A stretch of DNA of 64,000 bases from Kofleriaceae bacterium (GTDB lineage: Bacteria > Myxococcota_A > Polyangia > Haliangiales > Haliangiaceae): NCBI GenBank assembly GCA_048500355.1, contig JASNYD010000004.1, positions 192,001 through 256,000 on the forward strand. The letters run 5' to 3'. Below are positions 1 to 10,611 of this stretch, in pieces; the first letter of the stretch is position 1; the number at the start of each line of letters is the position of its first letter. The notes under the pieces were generated by a model, which saw only the letters and a program-made list of their open reading frames with translations, had not been told where the DNA came from and did not search any database. The position numbers and the translations under genes were made by a program.

Positions 1-1
1 C

Positions 2-1150
2 GTAGGCCGAGCCGCTGGCGCCGCGCGGCAGATCGGCCGAGGTCGTGCTCAGCCCGACGAAGACCACGCCCAGGTTGGTGGCGGTGGCGACCACGCCGTG
101 GGCCGCGGTCACGTCGTCACCGGCGCCGCCGAGGTAGGTCGCGTAGCGGAGCGTCGCGCCGTCGCTCGACAGCGACGCGAGGTAGCCGTTCCGGCCCGGC
201 GGCGCCGTCGTGAGGTAGCCGCCCGGGGTGGGAGCGTCGGTGCTCGCGGTCGTGGTCAGGACGTGGACGCTGCTGGTGTCGACGGCGAGGCTCGGCACCC
301 CGCCCTCGTCGCCGCTGCCGCCGACGTGGCTCGCCCACACGAAGCTCTGGCCGTCGCCGGCGAGGCGGAGGACGACGGTGTCGGCGCCGGCGGCGATCGC
401 GCGGTGGCGGCCGGCGAAGGCCGGGGCGTACGCCGGGTCGACGTCGAGCCCCTCGCCGGCCGCGGTGGTGAAGACCACCAGCACGTCGCTGCCGGTGGGA
501 TCGGTGGCCAGGCCGGTCACGCCGCCGCTGCCGGCGCCGCCCACGAACGTGCACCACTCGACCGCGCCGGTCGCGCCGTCGAGGCGGCACACGAAGCCGT
601 CCTCCTCGCCGCGCTCGGGGGTGCCGCCACCGGCGAAGGTCGGGTCGGCGGTGCCGGCGGTGGCCGGCAGCGAGGCCGCGCTGCCACCGACGAAGACGTC
701 GCGATCGGCGGCGAACGCGACCGCGGTCGCGCGCTCGAAGCCGGGGCCGCCGATCACGGTCGACCACACGACCTGGCCGGGGCCGCGCAGGCGGGTGACG
801 AAGGCGTCGTGGGGGCAGCCGGCGCAGCCCGACGGGGCCGTGGTGTCGACCTGCGTCCCGTCGGTGGTGGGGAAGTCGGGCGACCCGGTCCCACCCACGA
901 CCACGACCCGCGGGAAGGTCTCGTCGGTCATTGCCACGGCGGTGACATCGTCGTCACCGCTGCCGCCGAGGTAGGCGCTGACGAACAGCGTGGTCCGCGA
1001 CGGGCCGTCGAACGGTGGCGGCGACTCGTGGGCCAGCGCCGAGGTGCCCGGCGGCACGTCGCATGCGGCGGCGGCGAGCCCGGCCAGCGCGGCCAGCCCG
1101 GCGGCCCCGACGCGATGCGGGGCCAGGAGGAGCGAACGCGGGCGCTTCAT
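2..1150 (-). CDS. Partial lipoprotein with repeated Gly/Asp-rich beta-propeller-like units; the 3' end lies beyond the window start.
   Basis: My own minus-strand translation starts MKRPRSLLLAPHRVGAAGLAALAGLAAAAC (signal peptide plus lipobox), followed by repeated GG.G.D..VA.D..G..V.G units. A GGGGAGGGG RBS lies just upstream of the ATG at 1150-1148. The ORF has no stop inside the window, so it is absent from the supplied track. Confidence 0.55.
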   Translation of the reverse strand, partial: MKRPRSLLLAPHRVGAAGLAALAGLAAAACDVPPGTSALAHESPPPFDGPSRTTLFVSAYLGGSGDDDVTAVAMTDETFPRVVVVGGTGSPDFPTTDGTQVDTTAPSGCAGCPHDAFVTRLRGPGQVVWSTVIGGPGFERATAVAFAADRDVFVGGSAASLPATAGTADPTFAGGGTPERGEEDGFVCRLDGATGAVEWCTFVGGAGSGGVTGLATDPTGSDVLVVFTTAAGEGLDVDPAYAPAFAGRHRAIAAGADTVVLRLAGDGQSFVWASHVGGSGDEGGVPSLAVDTSSVHVLTTTASTDAPTPGGYLTTAPPGRNGYLASLSSDGATLRYATYLGGAGDDVTAAHGVVATATNLGVVFVGLSTTSADLPRGASGSAY

Positions 1151-1311
1151 GCCCCTCCCCGTCGCACCCGCCGTACCAGCCCACCGCGAGGCCGTCCGCG
1201 CACTTGGCGGACGCGCGTCGGGCACATCGCCCCGGGCCGCGACAAGGATGTCTCGGTTCGGTCGGAGGCACGGACGCCGGCGCGGCCGCGCCCGGCGAGG
1301 CCGGCCCGGCG

Positions 1312-2202
1312 TCACGGCGCCACCTCCGCCCGCACCGCGTCGGCGAGGACGTCGGTGACGCAGATCCGGTTGGACGGGTGCTCGATCGTGTTGCAGGTGA
1401 CGACCCGGGCCGCGCCGGCGGCCAGGAGATCGTCGTGGGCGCCGCCGGCGAACACGGCGTGGACGCCCACGCACAGCGGCTCGCGCGCGACCTTGCCGCG
1501 GAGCTGGTGCAGGGTCTCCACCATGGTCCGCCCGGTCGAGATGATGTCGTCGAGCAGCACCGGCGTGTGCCCCTCGCAGCGGGAGAGGTCGGGCTCGCTG
1601 ACGCTGACGTCGCGGTCGCCGCGGCGGGTCTTCTCCAGCACGACGTAGGGCGCGTCGACCAGGGCCGCCACCGCCGCCACCCACTGCTCGCTCTCGGCGT
1701 CGGGGCCGATCAGGAACGGCTGCGCGACGTGCGCGCGCACCCAGCCCGCGATCGCGGGCGCCGCCGCCACCGCCCGCGCCGGGATGCGGTAGATCTCGCC
1801 GAGCGACGCCCAGCGGTGCAGGTGCGGATCGACCGTGACCAGCCAGTCGACCGCGCCCGACACCAGCTGCGCGAAGTAGGTCGAGGTGATGCCCTCGCCG
1901 GGGTGGAAGCGGCTGTCCTGGCGCATGAACGACAGGTACGGCGCCACCAGACCGACCCGGCGCGCCCCCAGATCGCGGGCGGTCGCGGCCAGGAACAGGA
2001 GCGGGAGGATCTTGTCGGCCGGCCGCTCCAGCCCGCACACCCGCACGACCTCGCGCCCGGCCACCGGCGAGTCGATCCGCACGTAGACCTCGCCGTCGGG
2101 GAAGTGGCGCACGAACGCGGCGCCGGCCTCGGCGTCGAGCCGCGCCTGCAGCCGCGCCGCGGCGGCCTCGCTGCCGGGGACGGTCAGGATCACGCAGCTC
2201 AC
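1312..2202 (-). CDS. prs: Ribose-phosphate pyrophosphokinase (PRPP synthetase).
   Basis: Track ORF 1312..2484. The phosphoribosyltransferase motif VLLDDIISTGRTM and a PRPP-synthetase-like N-terminal half are present. The long Arg-rich N-terminal extension is judged spurious. A GTG at 2202 starts the conserved part (VSCVILTVPGSEA). Confidence 0.75.
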   Translation of the reverse strand: MSCVILTVPGSEAAAARLQARLDAEAGAAFVRHFPDGEVYVRIDSPVAGREVVRVCGLERPADKILPLLFLAATARDLGARRVGLVAPYLSFMRQDSRFHPGEGITSTYFAQLVSGAVDWLVTVDPHLHRWASLGEIYRIPARAVAAAPAIAGWVRAHVAQPFLIGPDAESEQWVAAVAALVDAPYVVLEKTRRGDRDVSVSEPDLSRCEGHTPVLLDDIISTGRTMVETLHQLRGKVAREPLCVGVHAVFAGGAHDDLLAAGAARVVTCNTIEHPSNRICVTDVLADAVRAEVAP

Positions 2203-2240
2203 CCGCCCGAGTCTATCCCCCGGCGGGCGCGCGCGGGCGC

Positions 2241-2789
2241 TCAGATCGCGATTGGTTCGCCTCGCTCGAGCTTGCCGAGCAGGTCCACGAACTCGCGCTC
2301 GGCGCCGGGATAGACGAGGCCAGACAGCTCGATCATGAGGTCGCGGTCGAGGTCCGCGCCGGCGGCCTCGAGCATCGCGCCGAGATCGGCGATGTCCAGG
2401 CGGCGCTTGTTGCGATCGCGCCACGGGCTCACGGCGGCGAGGAACTTGAGCGCGATCAGGACCTCGGTCCGGGGGACGTGCCACCCGCCGATCGGACGAA
2501 GCTCGGTCAGCGCGCGCTGGAACAGCGCGTGGTTCGTGGACCGGATCAGGTCGACGTCGAGCGCGCGGAGCTGGACCGCGGCGCCGATCTCGTGCGCGTC
2601 GAGCGCACCGAAGGTGGAGGTCAGCGCCGCGAGCACCCGCGGCAGCTTGGCGCCATCGACGATGAAGTCGAAGTCGGCGGTGGCGCGCGGCTCGGTGACG
2701 AGGCCGACGGCGTGGGCCCCGACCAGCGCCCAGCGGACCTCGCAGGCCTCGAAGACCTCGATCACGCGGAGGATGTCGGCCTCGGTCAT
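2241..2789 (-). CDS. Hypothetical protein, possibly nucleotidyltransferase-fold.
   Basis: Track ORF 2241..2888. An internal ATG (MTEADILRV...) is preceded by a GGGAGG RBS. No confident family assignment. Confidence 0.45.
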   Translation of the reverse strand: MTEADILRVIEVFEACEVRWALVGAHAVGLVTEPRATADFDFIVDGAKLPRVLAALTSTFGALDAHEIGAAVQLRALDVDLIRSTNHALFQRALTELRPIGGWHVPRTEVLIALKFLAAVSPWRDRNKRRLDIADLGAMLEAAGADLDRDLMIELSGLVYPGAEREFVDLLGKLERGEPIAI

Positions 2790-3005
2790 CACGCGCCTCC
2801 CGGCGTCTCGCGCGCCGAACAGGGCCCGGTGCGTCGCCAGGATCGACATCGACCGGCGGATCGCGGCGGGAATGCCAGCGGGCGTCATGCCGACGACCAG
2901 CCTACCCCGGAACCTCGCCCGCAGCCCGAGGAGATCGCACCGGGCTCGCCGCGGCGCGTGTGACGGCGCGGGGCGCCCTCGCCCGCCTCGGCGCGGGTGA
3001 GGGCG

Positions 3006-3898
<893 letters not shown>

Positions 3899-3899
<1 letters not shown>

Positions 3900-5080
3900 C
3901 AGGGCCTGACCTTCGGTGCGGTGATCATCAGGTGCACGTTGCCCTCCGCGTCGGGGTAGCCGTACCTGAACCCGAGCTTGCGCCGGGGCTGGTCATTCCA
4001 CAACTTCCGGAACGCCTCGTTCTCCTTGGCGCTGGCCTCCAGGTAGCTGCCGGTGAACCGGCCGTACGTGATCTGCTCGAAGCCCGCCCGCTTCGCGTAC
4101 CGCGGCGGGATGCCGGTGGAGTCCGAGATCATCCACGCCGCGCTGGTCAGCAGGTAGTCGCGGATGGCCGAGAAGCTCGACAGCCACAGCAGGTAGCTCG
4201 CGGCCTTGGTCATGGCCGCGACCTGGCCCTTGGCCTCGAGGTGGCGCGCCACCGGCGAGCCCGGGAACGCGGCGTCGGCGAGGTTGGCGGCGATGTGGCG
4301 GTGGACGACGAGCGGCGCCTGCGGATCGCCGGCGCGGCGGAAGGTCAGCTCCGAGTTCGTGAACGCCACGGAGAAGTCGGTGTCGACCCACGACGCCTTC
4401 TTGCGGCGGGCGCGGGTGCCGGCCTGATCGGCGATCGCGCGCGCCCCCAGGTAGCGGACGCTGCCGTCGGCGTCGAGGGTGAAGAAGCGGAGGCCGACCG
4501 GCTCGTAGCCGAGCACCGCCAGCGCCGCGATGAAGAAGCCGAGCTGCCCCGGCACCGCGCCCCGCTCCAGCTTGCGCATGTTCTCGCTGGCCGAGTCGTG
4601 GTTGGCCAGGAGCTGGCGCAGGGCCGAGCGGTAGTTGGCGAGCGCGGCCTTGAGCTGGCCGGGCGTGGCCGCGGTCAGGCGCGTCGGATCGCCGGCGTGC
4701 TCGAGGGAGATCGTCGTGATCTCGGTGGCGTCGGGGTACGTGATGAGCGCCGACAGCAGGTCGCCGCCGCCGAACGGGTAGACCACGGTCCGCGGCAGCC
4801 CGGCCGGACGCACGGTCGCGAACAGCGCGCGCGCCGGCTCGACGTAGGTCCGCTGCACCCGCTCGTACCACGGTCGCACCTGCTTGCAGTGGGCCGCGAT
4901 GATGCGGGCGTCGAGGCTCGCCGGCGGCGCCGCCGGCTCGCCGGCGCACGCCACCGCCTGGTGGAAGAGGCGGGCCTCGGCGGCGAAGTCCTGCGCCGGC
5001 TCGGCGACGGCGGGGCCGGCGGCCACCGCCACCATCAGCAGGAGCGCGGACACGGCGAGGACCGGGCGAGGGCAGCGCAT
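3899..5080 (-). CDS. Secreted hypothetical protein.
   Basis: Track ORF 3899..5122. Signal peptide MRCPRPVLAVSALLLMVAVAAGPAVAEP starts at an internal ATG near 5080. The 3' end overlaps the downstream gene, suggesting an operon. Confidence 0.5.
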
Positions 5081-5129
5081 GACGCGTTCGACGCGGCGAG
5101 CGCGGCGGGTATTCCGGGGCACCGGTGAC

Positions 5130-5702
5130 CTAGTTGAGATCGCGGGCCGCGGGGCGCGACGCCCGCGGGGCGCGGACGGGGGTGGTGGGCCGGGCGTGCT
5201 TGGGGCCGACCAGGCTGCGCAGCGAGGCGCGGGCCACGATCTCGCCGGCCTCGTCGGTCATGACCACCGGCACCAGGTACTCGGCGCGGGCGCTGGTGGC
5301 GGGCACCGGGCAGTCGCTGGTGGCGGTGATCGTGCCGCGCGCCTTCTTGATGTAGTCGATGGACAGGCCGGCGACGATGAACCGCCCGTCGTCGGGCAGG
5401 GAGTACGCCAGGGCGACGTTGCCGGCCAGCTCGGCCAGGTTGACCAGGGCCACGGCATGGACGCAGCGCAGGTGGTTGCGCACCGCCCTGCGATCGTCGA
5501 GCTCGACCTGGGCGAAGCCCGGCCGCAGCGCCACGACCCGCGCGCCGATGGTCGCGGTGTACGGCGCCATCCGCCCGATCATCCGCGAGAACAGGAGCTT
5601 GCCGCCCGGCAGGCCGGCCAGCAGGTTCCAGGCGTCGCGCACCAGGTTGCGGTCGCCGTCGAGGTTCAGGGTGGGCAGGAGCTTGCCGAGCGCGGACAGC
5701 AT
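5130..5702 (-). CDS. DUF4442 / hotdog-fold thioesterase-like protein.
   Basis: Sequence LPGGKLLFSRMIGRMAPYTATIGARVVALRPGFAQVELDDRRAVRNHL...LSIDYIKKARGTITA resembles the YiiD_C/DUF4442 thioesterase family. Confidence 0.55.
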   Translation of the reverse strand: MLSALGKLLPTLNLDGDRNLVRDAWNLLAGLPGGKLLFSRMIGRMAPYTATIGARVVALRPGFAQVELDDRRAVRNHLRCVHAVALVNLAELAGNVALAYSLPDDGRFIVAGLSIDYIKKARGTITATSDCPVPATSARAEYLVPVVMTDEAGEIVARASLRSLVGPKHARPTTPVRAPRASRPAARDLN

Positions 5703-5760
5703 CCCGGGAACTTACCCGGTGACGGCTCCAGGTAAAGGGGTATTTCCGCCCGGGTCCTCG

Positions 5761-6171
5761 TCAGGGCGTGGCCGTCGCGGGCGGCGCGCCGGCCGGGCTC
5801 ACCGGCGCGGCGGCCGCGGTCGGCGCCGGAGCGTTCGCCGGCGAGCGCGCGGTCCGTGGCCCGCTGGCCTCGGGGGTGGCGTCGTCGCCCGACAGCTTGA
5901 TGAGCGCCCAGGTCAGGAGCGCCGCGCCGCCGGCGACCATGACCGCGCCGTTGCGCAGCTCGCCGCCGTCGTAGCGGCAGTCGGCGCCGTTCCAGTTCGC
6001 CTCGTCGCAGCTCATGCCGTCGACCAGGAGCGTGCCGCCCATGACCACCGCGACCCCGCCCACCACCGCCAGCCCCTGCGTGTGGTTCCGGGTCAGCCCG
6101 CCGCAGCCGGCGGTCACGGTCATCTGGGCCATCAGGGCGAGGGTGACGAGGGCGAGCGAGGTCCGGCGCAT
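5761..6171 (-). CDS. Small putative lipoprotein.
   Basis: C-terminal part of track ORF 5761..6918. An internal ATG gives MRRTSLALVTLALMAQMTVTAGCGG (signal peptide plus lipobox Cys). The upstream Arg-rich extension is judged spurious. Confidence 0.35.
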   Translation of the reverse strand: MRRTSLALVTLALMAQMTVTAGCGGLTRNHTQGLAVVGGVAVVMGGTLLVDGMSCDEANWNGADCRYDGGELRNGAVMVAGGAALLTWALIKLSGDDATPEASGPRTARSPANAPAPTAAAAPVSPAGAPPATATP

Positions 6172-6335
6172 GGTCGCGCCTGGTGCAACGGGTGCGCCAC
6201 CGCCCCACCGCCCGCCGCCGCCGCCGAACCTCGCGGAAGCTCGATCCCCTCGGGCCGCCCCTGGGGGAAGCTCTCCCAGCCACTCACCGGACTTCGGAGG
6301 GTCGCACCGAGGTCGCGACGCCCGGGCCGGTCCGC

Positions 6336-7166
6336 CTACCGGCCGAGCCGGGTCGGCTTGGGGTTCTTGCCCTTGAGCGCGATCCAGATCGCGCGCAGGG
6401 CCTGGCGGGCGCCGGCGGCCAGGCGGAGATCGACGACGTCGGAGAGATCGGTGCGCGACGGGTTGATCTCGACGGTGGGGCGGCGCTCGGCCTTGGCCAG
6501 GAGCACGGGGCGGGCGACGTAGGGGAAGAGCGCCGAGGTGCCGATCGAGAAGACGACGTCGAAGCCGCGCGCGACCTCGGCCTCGAAGCGCTGGAACGGC
6601 GCCTCGGGCAGGGGCTCGCCGAACAGCACGACGTCGGGGCGGACCACCGCGGCGCAGCGCGGGCAGCGGGGCGGGAAGGTGAGCGTGGCGTAGTCGCGGA
6701 CGGTGGTGCGCCAGTCGCAGCGGGTGCAGCGCAGGTCGTGGAGGTCGCCGTGGATGGCGATCACGTTCTTCGACCCCGCCATGCGGTGGAAGCCGTCGAC
6801 GTTCTGGGTGAAGACCACGACCCGCGGGATCCGCTCCTCGAGCAGGGCCAGGATCTCGTGGCCGCGGTTGGGGGCGGCGGTGCGGCACGCCAGCTCCATG
6901 TCGTGGAGGTGCTTCCACACCAGCTCGGGCCGGCGCGCCATCATGTCGCCCGAGAGCAGGGCCTCGATGGGCATGCCGTGCTCGGGGTCGTGGCGGTCGT
7001 AGAGCCCGCCCACGCCGCGGTAGGTCGGCAGCCCGGAGTCGGCGGAGAGGCCGGCGCCGGTGATGAACAGCGCGCTCTGGGCGGTGGCCAGGAGCCGCGC
7101 GACCTCCTCGACCACGGTGCGGTCGACCGTGTCGCGGCGCTTGAAGGGCCCGGCCCCGCTGCTCAT
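6336..7166 (-). CDS. cobB: NAD-dependent protein deacylase (Sir2 / CobB family).
   Basis: Sirtuin motifs GAGLSADSGLPTYRG, QNVDGFH and CTRCDW...CPRC (Zn-binding Cys4). Confidence 0.8.
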   Translation of the reverse strand: MSSGAGPFKRRDTVDRTVVEEVARLLATAQSALFITGAGLSADSGLPTYRGVGGLYDRHDPEHGMPIEALLSGDMMARRPELVWKHLHDMELACRTAAPNRGHEILALLEERIPRVVVFTQNVDGFHRMAGSKNVIAIHGDLHDLRCTRCDWRTTVRDYATLTFPPRCPRCAAVVRPDVVLFGEPLPEAPFQRFEAEVARGFDVVFSIGTSALFPYVARPVLLAKAERRPTVEINPSRTDLSDVVDLRLAAGARQALRAIWIALKGKNPKPTRLGR

Positions 7167-7221
7167 CGACGCGCAGGATACCGCGGCCGGCGGCGGCCGT
7201 CAGCGCGGCGCGCCGGGCCGG

Positions 7222-8901
7222 TCAGTGGCCGCCGCCGCCGCCCCGGGTCGGCCTGGCGTTCCAGATCTTGAGCGCCAGCGCCATGCCGATGATCGCCACC
7301 GGCAGCATCGCGATGGGCCAGATGTACCAGTTGTCGACGTCGCGGGCCGCCGGGTTGTTGACCAGGCAGCCGTCGGCGTCGCGGATCTTGGAGGCCGGCA
7401 GGGTGGCGCCGTAGAGGAACGACTGCGCGGTCGAGCCCAGGTAGACGAAGCCGTCGATGATGCCGACCGCCATGCCGGTGTTCTTCTTGCCGGCGAAGTC
7501 GGCCGACGCGGTCGCGGTCAGCATGCCGTGGACGCCGATGATGGCCATCGACATGAGCGCGACGACCCAGCCGATCAGCTCGGGCGCCGACAGCAGGGGG
7601 ATGAGCATCGCCGCGCCGCCGACCATGATGCCGTAGAGCACCGCCGACACCGGGCTGCGCCGCGACTGGAACAGGTGGTCGCTGATGGCGCCGGCGAACA
7701 TGCCGCCGGTGATGCCGGCGACGCACGACACCATGCCCCAGTTCTCGAAGACGAAGGTGTGGCCGACGCCGGCGCCCTTGCCGAAGTCGGTGCCCCACTG
7801 CAGGATGGCCTGGCGCAGGAAGCCCGAGCACAGCTCGATCACCGAGATCACCAGGATCACCGGGTGGGTGATGAGCTTGATGAAGACGGCCTTGACGCCG
7901 AGGTGCTCGCCCTCGTTGGTGGCGTCGCCGAGATCGAAGTCCTTGTGGCCGGTGTCGGACGGCTGGTTGCGGACGAACAGGAACGACAGGACGAAGAACA
8001 GGCCGAGCAGGAGGGCCGGGATCCAGAACAGCCACTCGATGGGCAGCTCGAGCGAGATCCGCTTGCCGACGTCGTACGCGAAGTACAGGCCGAGCGAGAT
8101 CAGGATGCCGAAGATGCCGCCGAACGTGCCGCGCTCGCGCAGGTGGAACCACGCCGCGTTGACCTTGACGATCGACACCGCGCCGAAGCTCTGGAAGTAC
8201 ATGTTGACCGCGAACGCCAGCGAGAACGCGGTGACGACCGACATGCCCATGGTCTCGCCGGTCATCGCCATGTAGCCCATCCACAGGTTGGCGGCGCCCG
8301 AGCCGGCGGCGGCGATGAGGATCGTGGCGCGGCCGCCCCAGCGGTCGGTGAGCGGGCCGTTGAGGAGGAAGGCGAGGCCGTAGACCGCCGAGCCGACGCC
8401 GAAGACCGTGCCGTAGTCGGCCTCGGTCAGGCCGATGCCCTGGAACTGCTTGATGTTGTAGCGGCCGAAGTAGAGGAACGAGTAGGTGAGGCCGAGCGGC
8501 AGCCAGTTGAGCAGGCGGCGGCGGCGGAAGGCGAGCGAGTGGCCGAGCTCCACCTTGGGCAGGCGGACGACGACGATGACGATGACCAGGATCAGGATCC
8601 CGATGGGGATGAGATCCTTCATCAGGTCGCGCGGCGGGCTGGGCGGCTTCTTCGGGCACTCGACCTTGCCGGGCGTGGCCGGCGTCGCCGCGGTGGGCGC
8701 CACGGCGGGGGCGTCCGACGGCGGCGTCGGCGCGACCACGGCCGGGGGCGCGGTGGCGCCGGGCTCGGCGGAGGTGACCGGCGCTGGCGCGGGCTGGGCC
8801 GCCGGCGCGTCGCCGGTGCCGAACCAGATCCAGGCGCCGAAGAGGAGCTCGAGGATCACGATGATCGCGAGCGTGCGCCGCGTGATGGTCGGGGTGCGCA
8901 T
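7222..8901 (-). CDS. MFS transporter.
   Basis: About 12 predicted hydrophobic helices. Pro/Ala-rich N-terminal region. Sugar-phosphate/OPA-like motifs; no specific substrate call. Confidence 0.65.
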   Translation of the reverse strand: MRTPTITRRTLAIIVILELLFGAWIWFGTGDAPAAQPAPAPVTSAEPGATAPPAVVAPTPPSDAPAVAPTAATPATPGKVECPKKPPSPPRDLMKDLIPIGILILVIVIVVVRLPKVELGHSLAFRRRRLLNWLPLGLTYSFLYFGRYNIKQFQGIGLTEADYGTVFGVGSAVYGLAFLLNGPLTDRWGGRATILIAAAGSGAANLWMGYMAMTGETMGMSVVTAFSLAFAVNMYFQSFGAVSIVKVNAAWFHLRERGTFGGIFGILISLGLYFAYDVGKRISLELPIEWLFWIPALLLGLFFVLSFLFVRNQPSDTGHKDFDLGDATNEGEHLGVKAVFIKLITHPVILVISVIELCSGFLRQAILQWGTDFGKGAGVGHTFVFENWGMVSCVAGITGGMFAGAISDHLFQSRRSPVSAVLYGIMVGGAAMLIPLLSAPELIGWVVALMSMAIIGVHGMLTATASADFAGKKNTGMAVGIIDGFVYLGSTAQSFLYGATLPASKIRDADGCLVNNPAARDVDNWYIWPIAMLPVAIIGMALALKIWNARPTRGGGGGH

Positions 8902-8995
8902 CGGACGAAGGGCGGTTCTACTCGCGGCGGGGAGCCGGGGGCAAGCGCCCCTTGCGTGACGTTCGTGTGACAGGCGCGGTGGTACGCTGCCGCGC

Positions 8996-9655
8996 GTGCG
9001 TCACTCCCGACCGGCCCGTGCGACCCGTCCGGCCCGCGTGGCCCGGCCGGCCGCTCCCGCGCCGCCGGGCCGTCCCCCGGCGCCGCGGTCGGTCCGCTGC
9101 GCCGCACTGCTGGCGGCGGCGCTGGCCGCGGCGGCGTGCCGGACGCCCGCCCCGGCGGCGCCACCCGCGCCGTGGCAGGTGGTCGAGGTCGCGGGCGCGC
9201 CGCGGCCGCTCTACCTCTACCCCGAGCCCATCGAGCGCTACGCGCCCGACGATCGCGGCGCCTACGTCGTGCGCGTGCCCGACGGCCCGGAGCGCGACGC
9301 CGTGGTCGCGGCGGTGGGCGCCGGCGACGACCTCGTGGGCGTCGACGGCTTCGTGATCCGGCTCGACGCCGCCGGCCGCGACGCGCTGGCGGCGCGCGCC
9401 GGCGTGGCCGAGGTGGCGATCCTGCAGCCCGCCGCTCGCCGCTCGCGCCTGGTCGACGGCGCCGCCGAGGTCGCCGAGGTCCGCGTCGATCTGTTCGCCG
9501 ACGCCCACGCCGACGAGGTCGCGGCGGTGGCGGCGTGGCTCGAGGCCCGCGGTGGCCGCGTGCTGTGGCGCGGCCGCGCCGCCCTGCGCGCGCGCGTGCC
9601 CCGCGCGGCCATCGCGGAGGCGTCGCGGCTCTCCCCGGTGCGGTGGATCGAGTAG
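8996..9655 (+). CDS. Hypothetical lipoprotein.
   Basis: Arg/Pro-rich n-region followed by VRCAALLAAALAAAAC (lipobox). No family assignment. Start uncertain. Confidence 0.4.
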   Translation: MRHSRPARATRPARVARPAAPAPPGRPPAPRSVRCAALLAAALAAAACRTPAPAAPPAPWQVVEVAGAPRPLYLYPEPIERYAPDDRGAYVVRVPDGPERDAVVAAVGAGDDLVGVDGFVIRLDAAGRDALAARAGVAEVAILQPAARRSRLVDGAAEVAEVRVDLFADAHADEVAAVAAWLEARGGRVLWRGRAALRARVPRAAIAEASRLSPVRWIE

Positions 9656-9664
9656 CATCGGGAG

Positions 9665-10573
9665 ATGCTGGTCCGTCCGAGCCGTCCCACCCTGCTGCTG
9701 CTGGTCCTCGCCGTGGCCCTGGCCACCGCCGCCTGCAAGAAGAAGGAGGGCGCCGCCGGCGCCGCGCCCGCGGGCCCGGTCGAGGTGACCGTGGCCCTCG
9801 ACGACAAGGTCCTGACCGAGGCGCCGACCCTGGGCGCGCCGCGGCCGCTCGCCCAGCTCGTGACCCTGCCGCCGCTCGACGGCTGGATCGCGATCGAGCT
9901 CGTCGACCGCAGCGGCAAGGTCCACGCCATCCTGGCGCCGGCCAAGCACCACGCCGGCGCGGTGCCGGCGCTGGGCGCCGACCAGGACGGCGCCGTGTTC
10001 GGCCTCCTGCGCGGCGGCAAGGTCGAGCAGCGGGTGACCGCGGTGACCCGCCTGACGGTCAAGACCCGCAGCGACGCCGGCAAGCCGGTGACCGGCATGG
10101 ATCACGGCGGTCACGGCGGCCACGACGACCACGGCGGCGGCGGCGACTCCAGCGGCGGCGGCGATCACGGCACCGGCGGCAACAGCGCGGACAAGAGCGT
10201 GCGCGCCACGCCCACGGCCGCGCTGACGATCGAGATCGAGAGCGCGACCGGCACCGCGACGTTCACCGGCGACAAGATGGTGGGCCTGCCCGAGATCAAG
10301 GCCCCCACCGGCGACACCGAGACCCCGGGCTGGAACCTGATCGACGTGCTGGGCGCCGCCGGCCACGCGGACGTGACCTCGGTGACGCTGACCGACGAGG
10401 AGAACGCCTCGCTCAAGCTCGAGGGCGCCGACCTCGACCCGGCGAAGGCGATCCTCTACCTCAAGCTCAACCGCTCGGGCGTCATCCGCTTCCGCGTCTT
10501 CCGCAAGGCCGGCGAGGTGTGGGAGGTCGGCGGCGAGCTGCGCGGCATCAAGCGGATCAAGCTCGGCGCCTGA
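9665..10573 (+). CDS. Lipoprotein with a His/Gly/Asp-rich putative metal-binding segment.
   Basis: Signal peptide plus lipobox LLLLVLAVALATAAC. Internal HGGHGGHDDHGGGGDSSGGGDHGTGG tract. GGGAG RBS upstream. Confidence 0.5.
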   Translation: MLVRPSRPTLLLLVLAVALATAACKKKEGAAGAAPAGPVEVTVALDDKVLTEAPTLGAPRPLAQLVTLPPLDGWIAIELVDRSGKVHAILAPAKHHAGAVPALGADQDGAVFGLLRGGKVEQRVTAVTRLTVKTRSDAGKPVTGMDHGGHGGHDDHGGGGDSSGGGDHGTGGNSADKSVRATPTAALTIEIESATGTATFTGDKMVGLPEIKAPTGDTETPGWNLIDVLGAAGHADVTSVTLTDEENASLKLEGADLDPAKAILYLKLNRSGVIRFRVFRKAGEVWEVGGELRGIKRIKLGA

Positions 10574-10611
10574 CGATCACCCGCGCTCCCCCGGGGCGGG
10601 CCGGGGGCGGC

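Noticed and set aside
98-1648. A 516-aa plus-strand ORF and several overlapping ORFs (117..767, 228..974, 1015..2313) in the first 2.3 kb.
   Set aside because: They have extremely Arg/Ala/Gly/Pro-rich, low-complexity translations typical of off-frame reading in 70% GC DNA. The opposite strand encodes a coherent lipoprotein (2..1150) and prs.
7163-8659. A 498-aa minus-strand ORF overlapping the MFS transporter gene.
   Set aside because: It is in an alternate frame of the transporter gene. The Arg/Pro-rich translation has no TM helices or motifs.
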